Source of the DNA: Candidatus Woykebacteria bacterium RBG_13_40_15
Lineage (GTDB): Bacteria > Patescibacteriota > Microgenomatia > Woykebacterales > RBG-16-39-9b
Direction of reading: 5' to 3'
Assembly: GCA_001816655.1 (NCBI GenBank)
Contig: MHCP01000025.1
Coordinates: 14,428 to 78,427, forward strand
Length of the DNA: 64,000 nt
Both the position numbers and the translations under genes were made by a program. This document shows positions 59,168 to 64,000 of the stretch, piece by piece; the stretch's first letter is position 1, and every line of letters starts with the position of its first letter. The notes beneath the pieces are model-generated. The model ran no database searches and was not told the DNA's origin. It was given only the letters and a program-made list of their open reading frames with translations.

Positions 59168-60349
59168 TTAAGCTGGCGTTTGCTTAAATCTGTAAAATTG
59201 AAGTATCCCAACTGCAAATATTAGTACTGGTACTACCAGTAACCAAGCCTTTGCAACTTGAAGTTGGTTTGTAGGTGTAAAAAATGCGAATAGAATAAGA
59301 TAAGTTGCGAACCTGCCAAGATCCAAGACGGTTTCCCTCTCAATTAGGAAATGGTATTTATTTTGCCAAGAACCTTCTGCTTCATCTATCGTATCGAAGT
59401 AACTTTTTTTAAGCGTAATATCTATTAGTGGGTAAAAAATGTAAAACAAGGTAACTAAAATAATTATTCCAATAAAATTTTGCATGAAGAAGAATATTAG
59501 TATTCCCAATGGTGGAAAAATCATCCCAAGTAAAATTGATTTTCTGTTTTTCTGAAGTATTCGTATCGCCATAATGTTGGCTATTGCAAATACTACACCG
59601 GCTAGGGAGTTCAGCAAACCGAGTGTGAACTCTTGTTTCACGATTACGAAGATGAGAATTATTATAATTAAACCAAGCGAGGTATCCCAAAAACCATTTA
59701 AAAACTGTTGGGAGAGAACGATTTTCCAGTTTCGGCCTCTGATATGTTCGAAAATGTGTAAGACGGAGAAATCCACTCCTTTATGTTCTGGTAGCTTCGC
59801 AGCTTCTAGGAAAGTAAAAAACATAAAAATGGAAACAATCGAAAAGACAACGGTATACCCAAGCAATTTAGTTGCCAAAATGCCCGATAAACCAATAATC
59901 GCTCCACTAATAAGAGGGCCGGAGATGTTGGCGATAGTACCTAAAAAATTTTGTCTGCCAAAGAAAGCGTGTCGGGAAGTTTCTTCCGTAAGTATAAATT
60001 GAGAGAGATTAAAACCAGGCCAGAAATTGCCAGCGGCCGCTCCAGCAAGTATACCAAGTGGAATCAGATAATTAATTGCCTGCTCTCTTAGAATTACAAC
60101 CGAAAGATAGCATAAGGAACCAGCTAGTAAACCGAATCTAATTAATTGGGTCGAAGAAAATCTTCGCAGAGACCAAGCAGAAATTACATAAAAGATATAA
60201 AGAGAGATTAAAGCGATTAAATTGTAGGTGATGGTAGCTTTAAACCCACCCAGAGTAAATAAAAAAACGTTAAGGAAAATGCCAGCTAAAGCGTTAGCTG
60301 TGTAGTAAAGCCATAAAATTTTGTTAAGGAGATTTTCCTCTTTTGACAT
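59168..60349 (-). CDS. MFS transporter
   Basis: About 12 hydrophobic segments in two halves, 393 aa. Confidence 0.8.
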   Translation of the reverse strand: MSKEENLLNKILWLYYTANALAGIFLNVFLFTLGGFKATITYNLIALISLYIFYVISAWSLRRFSSTQLIRFGLLAGSLCYLSVVILREQAINYLIPLGILAGAAAGNFWPGFNLSQFILTEETSRHAFFGRQNFLGTIANISGPLISGAIIGLSGILATKLLGYTVVFSIVSIFMFFTFLEAAKLPEHKGVDFSVLHIFEHIRGRNWKIVLSQQFLNGFWDTSLGLIIIILIFVIVKQEFTLGLLNSLAGVVFAIANIMAIRILQKNRKSILLGMIFPPLGILIFFFMQNFIGIIILVTLFYIFYPLIDITLKKSYFDTIDEAEGSWQNKYHFLIERETVLDLGRFATYLILFAFFTPTNQLQVAKAWLLVVPVLIFAVGILQFYRFKQTPA

Positions 60350-60350
60350 G

Positions 60351-61397
60351 TTAGTCTTCCCAATAGCCGTAGCGTACTCTTCGCAGAAGTCTGCGAGCCT
60401 TTTCGGTGGCTTTATATATGTAGTACTTTGAGCTTAATGGGTAGTCTTGAGCTCGGATGTAGGAATATTTAAAGCCACCAAAGCCCCGTTTAAATAAACT
60501 AAAGCCATACCATGGATGCCCATGGTAAAAATGTTTATCTTTTACCACCCCCCAGAAGTTGTAATATTTACAGCCTCGCCGCTTTGCCTCTTTTATAGCC
60601 TCCCATTGAAGCAAATAACCGACGGAGCTTCCCTTTTCAGCTGGTAGCGAAGCGCCATGCAGGTAACAAGCTGCCTCTCCATAAAACGAAATTATAGCCA
60701 TTGCCTGTGTTTTGCTGCCTTTTTTGGAGATGAATATTTTTTGTTCGTTTTCCCCACCCAAAATTTCAAATTGTTTGATGTAGTATTCCTTTGGATGGTT
60801 TATAAAACCTTTCCTGGTTGCGGTGCTATAAAGAAGGCCAACAAACTTTTTTGCGTCAGGGACTTTATTTGACTGTTCGATTTTTACACCTTGTTTTTCT
60901 TCTGCTCGTATTAGATAGCGGGTGGTTTTTCGCATGTCGTTTAGTAATTCGTCTTCTGTTTTTTCAAGCGGTAGCAGCCAGGCATCTTCTACCTGGATAA
61001 AAGTTTCCGCCGAGACAAATTTTCGTTCTTTAAATTCGTTGTAAATAGGCTCTTCCGCAGGCAAAAGAGGATCTGTTTTTACAAAAATTGCAGCTTCTTT
61101 CTTTGCGATATCTTTAATTTTCTCGAAAAGGTGGTCAAATTCTTTCCAATTTTTCCAGTAGAGAATAGGCCCCCTAGGAGCGTATAGGTAGTTACCGAAA
61201 CGACTTTGGTATTTGATTAACAAACAAATTCCGATTAACTTATCGTTTTCGAAAAGCCCGAGACGCCAGATTTTTCTGCCTAAAGCAGAATTAAACTCTC
61301 CCCAATTCCAGGATTGGAGAAAAGTATTTGGTGAAGCGTTTAAGGAAAAATTTTCCCAGGTTTCTTTGTTTGTAATTTCGCGAACAGAGTAGTTCAT
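60351..61397 (-). CDS. FemAB/FemX family peptidoglycan peptidyltransferase
   Basis: FLQSWNWG, YAPRGP, KTTRYLIR and FKRGFGG motifs. Confidence 0.92.
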   Translation of the reverse strand: MNYSVREITNKETWENFSLNASPNTFLQSWNWGEFNSALGRKIWRLGLFENDKLIGICLLIKYQSRFGNYLYAPRGPILYWKNWKEFDHLFEKIKDIAKKEAAIFVKTDPLLPAEEPIYNEFKERKFVSAETFIQVEDAWLLPLEKTEDELLNDMRKTTRYLIRAEEKQGVKIEQSNKVPDAKKFVGLLYSTATRKGFINHPKEYYIKQFEILGGENEQKIFISKKGSKTQAMAIISFYGEAACYLHGASLPAEKGSSVGYLLQWEAIKEAKRRGCKYYNFWGVVKDKHFYHGHPWYGFSLFKRGFGGFKYSYIRAQDYPLSSKYYIYKATEKARRLLRRVRYGYWED

Positions 61398-62584
61398 TTG
61401 CCCCAATTGTTGATAAAATCAACTACTTTTCCTGCTTCTTCAAACGAAATACCTAAATAATTCGGAAGATCTATTGTTTCCATCGCTGCTTTTTCTGCAT
61501 TCGGGCAAGATCCAACCTCGTAGCCCAATTTTTCTTTGTCTGCAGCTTCCGGATAAATTGGGCAGTTGTACCAGTTTCCAAACCAAAAGCCTCTTTTTCT
61601 AGCTTGAGCTAAGATTTCAGGAGCATCCTTGTGAAGAGCGACAACTCTTAAATAAATACCATCATGAGCTGGCAAAAGACTAAAATCAGGATTTTTTATA
61701 TTTTTTAGATAATAATATGCCACTTCGTTTCGCTGCCGGTTATATTTATCTAGATTTTCAAATTCGCTGATCGCAAGGCGGGCCAAAGCATTTGGAAAGC
61801 TGGCTGGATACCAGAAAGGTTTCTCCCCAACAAGCTCCTTTTTGCTTGTAACTACATTGATAAAATCAAATTTATAAAGAAATTTAATTAACTTATCTCC
61901 CGTTTTATTGAAATAAATTTTACGAAAAATAGTCCTCCAGCTAAAAAAGTTTAAAACTTCCTTGATAAGCTGTCTTCTTGAAAAAGGTGGCAAGCTTGAG
62001 ATGAACAGCGAAACTTCCTTCTCCAATTTTGAGTTATTAACGACCAATGCCCCGCCAGTAAGGCACGAAATTACCTTTTCTCGGCCAAAAGAAAGGATAG
62101 CTGCATCGCCAAATGTTCCAAGTCTCCTTTCTTTGTAAAGCGCACCAAGGCTGTGGGCACAGTCCTCTAAAACGTAGATTCCCCACTTTTTTGCTAGTTC
62201 TAAAATTTTTTCCATTTCTGCTGATCGGCCAAAAGTGTGTTGGATAATAATTAATTTTGTTTTTGAGGATATTTTGGAAGCTAAATCGTCAATAGCAGCG
62301 TTCAAGGTTTCTGGGTCTATATCAACATAAACAGGTTTTGCTCCTGCCCAAATGATTGGGTTAGGTACAGCGTTGCAGGTGTAAGCCTGGATAATTACTT
62401 CGTCACCTTCTCCTATTTTTAGCGCCTTCAAAAAACAATAAATAGCACTTCTGCCCGAATTAACAAGATGAACTTTGGTTTTGAAATAATCTTCAAGAAT
62501 AAAGCGGAATTTTTCACTGTCTTCCCCCTCTTGCCAGTTGTTTATGTTGAGAAGGGAGTTAAAAAGCACCATACTTTTTGTCAT
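61394..62584 (-). CDS. DegT/DnrJ/EryC1/StrS family PLP aminotransferase
   Basis: NSGRSA, EDCAHSLG and SFGREK (PLP lysine); start set at 62584, downstream of tRNA-Gln. Confidence 0.9.
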   Translation of the reverse strand: MTKSMVLFNSLLNINNWQEGEDSEKFRFILEDYFKTKVHLVNSGRSAIYCFLKALKIGEGDEVIIQAYTCNAVPNPIIWAGAKPVYVDIDPETLNAAIDDLASKISSKTKLIIIQHTFGRSAEMEKILELAKKWGIYVLEDCAHSLGALYKERRLGTFGDAAILSFGREKVISCLTGGALVVNNSKLEKEVSLFISSLPPFSRRQLIKEVLNFFSWRTIFRKIYFNKTGDKLIKFLYKFDFINVVTSKKELVGEKPFWYPASFPNALARLAISEFENLDKYNRQRNEVAYYYLKNIKNPDFSLLPAHDGIYLRVVALHKDAPEILAQARKRGFWFGNWYNCPIYPEAADKEKLGYEVGSCPNAEKAAMETIDLPNYLGISFEEAGKVVDFINNWGK

Positions 62585-62599
62585 TTTAAACAATACCTT

Positions 62600-62673
62600 T
62601 GGCTGCGGAGCCAGGATTCGAACCTGGACAAACGGCTTCAAAGGCCGCTGTGCTACCATTACACAACTCCGCA
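62600..62673 (-). tRNA. tRNA-Gln(TTG)
   Basis: Cloverleaf, GCGGC-CTTTGAA-GCCGT, CCA end. Confidence 0.96.
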
Positions 62674-62674
62674 A

Positions 62675-62751
62675 TGGTCGGGGTGACACGATTCGAACGT
62701 GCGACCTCACGCTCCCAAAGCGCGCGCTCTAACCAACTGAGCTACACCCCG
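62675..62751 (-). tRNA. tRNA-Pro(TGG)
   Basis: Cloverleaf, CGCGC-TTTGGGA-GCGTG, CCA end. Confidence 0.96.
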
Positions 62752-62754
62752 AAA

Positions 62755-62839
62755 TGGTGCCGCGGGGGAGAGTTGAACTCCCACGGGTTGCCCCACACGG
62801 TCCTAAACCGTGCGCGTCTGCCAATTCCGCCACCGCGGC
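62755..62839 (-). tRNA. tRNA-Leu(TAG)
   Basis: Cloverleaf with long variable arm, CACGG-TTTAGGA-CCGTG, CCA end. Confidence 0.96.
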
Positions 62840-62936
62840 AAGCGGAGCTAATTTTATCAAAATTCGGCTTTGCTTTCAATTGCTGAAATAAATTTTGTGA
62901 TACAATTAATTTGTAATCTTGACGGGGAGTTTAATT

Positions 62937-63545
62937 ATGAGAAACGAAAAAGGATTTTCAATTTTTGCACTTCTAATTGTTTTAGGATTAATAGCAGGTG
63001 TTGTGGCTGTTGGAATGTACGTTGCAGGAGGGCCTTCTCCACTGCTTAAATCCGTCGAACAAAAACTTAAATCAATAAAGGTACCAACTCCACTGATTGG
63101 AAATCTAACTCCCGCTCGCGATCTTCGCGGAACCTGGACCTCTTCGATCAGGGGTAAGGGCCTACAATTATATGGTAAATTTGCAACTGGGCCTGGGACC
63201 ACAACAATTTATGAAGAAGGCGACATTACATTGATAATCAACAAAGTATCAGGTAATACGGCTTCTGGCACCATTCGCTACACTAATCTTTGCTCAACAG
63301 GCAGTACAGCCGTTCCCGGTTACGGCAACATTACGGTACCAAAACAGTGCACTGCTGACACAGGCGCCAGCCCGATAAATATAAGGGTTAGCAGCAGTAG
63401 GCTGGACTTTGGTACGGTCAGCGCTGGTGGTGGTACTTTTTCCATGCAAGGTAATTTTACGACCTCTCTCATATCGGGAACAATGGTAGCGACCACTCCT
63501 TATGGAGATATCAAGGGAGAGTTCCACCTCATGCGAGCGCACTAG
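62937..63545 (+). CDS. Pilin-like surface protein with class III signal peptide
   Basis: MRNEKG|FSIFALLIVLGLIAG; Thr/Gly-rich beta-type C-terminal domain with a Cys pair. Confidence 0.65.
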   Translation: MRNEKGFSIFALLIVLGLIAGVVAVGMYVAGGPSPLLKSVEQKLKSIKVPTPLIGNLTPARDLRGTWTSSIRGKGLQLYGKFATGPGTTTIYEEGDITLIINKVSGNTASGTIRYTNLCSTGSTAVPGYGNITVPKQCTADTGASPINIRVSSSRLDFGTVSAGGGTFSMQGNFTTSLISGTMVATTPYGDIKGEFHLMRAH

Positions 63546-63623
63546 CTAAATTCATAGATTTCCATTACGGGTTGGACATGACTGCTTGTTTGCGCTAAGT
63601 ATTTTATGGTTTAATTTATCCAG

Positions 63624-63944
63624 ATGATTCTAAAAGAAATAATAAGTAAAATTAGGCTCAACCAGTATGACCTTTCGGAGCATGCACATGTTGAAAGACA
63701 AGTAGAACATATAACAGTAAAGGAAATCGAAGAAACAATTTTATTCGGCGAGATTATCGAGAATTACCCGCAAGATCCTAGAGGCGAAAGTGTTCTAGTT
63801 GGTGCAAAACTCAAAAATAGGAGCTTGCATGTTGTCTGTGGTAAAAAAGATGATAGAATATTGATAATAACGGTTTATGAGCCCAAGACTCCTAAATGGT
63901 TGGATTATAAAACAAGGAGTAGAAAGGTAAAAAGTCGGCTATGA
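63624..63944 (+). CDS. DUF4258 domain protein (putative toxin)
   Basis: SEHA, GEIIENYP.DPRG, LHVVCG and IITVYEP motifs. Confidence 0.85.
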   Translation: MILKEIISKIRLNQYDLSEHAHVERQVEHITVKEIEETILFGEIIENYPQDPRGESVLVGAKLKNRSLHVVCGKKDDRILIITVYEPKTPKWLDYKTRSRKVKSRL

Positions 63945-64000
63945 AAGAGTGCTACTTTTGTAAAGGAACAACTGAAGTAAAAAAAATTGATGTGGACTTT
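63941..64000 (+). CDS. YgiT-type zinc-finger protein (putative antitoxin), partial
   Basis: MKECYFCKG.. overlapping the DUF4258 stop (ATGA); usual partner of DUF4258. Confidence 0.75.
   Translation, partial: MKECYFCKGTTEVKKIDVDF

Noticed and set aside
62585-62886. ORFs and the aminotransferase N-terminal extension over 62.6-62.9 kb
   Set aside because: They overlap three complete tRNA genes.

Overview
A 64 kb, AT-rich (roughly 40% GC by eye), gene-dense bacterial chromosome segment in standard genetic code. Gene content suggests a Patescibacteria (CPR), probably Microgenomates-type, genome; this is inference from a type IV pilus locus without a secretin, shortened ThrS/PheT/HolB, rpsP-khpA-trmD without rimM, MurT/GatD plus FemAB and DUF5665. 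It carries core genes (glyA, gyrA, gyrB, trmD, rpsP, rnc, nusB, rpmF, recG, tyrS, pheST, rplT, rpmI, infC, thrS, clpP), a type IV pilus cluster (22.7-35 kb), cell-wall genes, six tRNAs and a DUF4258/YgiT-type toxin-antitoxin pair at the right edge. The most interesting signals are non-coding: (1) tiny CCTGCC...GGCAGG palindromes whose empty target sites can be read inside the window, implying a 20-40 bp insertion element; (2) a four-helix-bundle gene between pilC and pilD flanked by inverted heptamer arrays; (3) a promoter plus attenuator-like leader followed by two tRNA-like RNA modules at 52.4-52.8 kb; (4) a leaderless Thr-rich leader-peptide attenuator upstream of thrS; (5) a stand-alone ~65 nt hairpin RNA between rplT and pheS; (6) a palindrome-plus-promoter module tandemly amplified before a sensor kinase and repeated 35 kb away. 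No CRISPR array, reverse transcriptase, integrase or transposase gene was seen.
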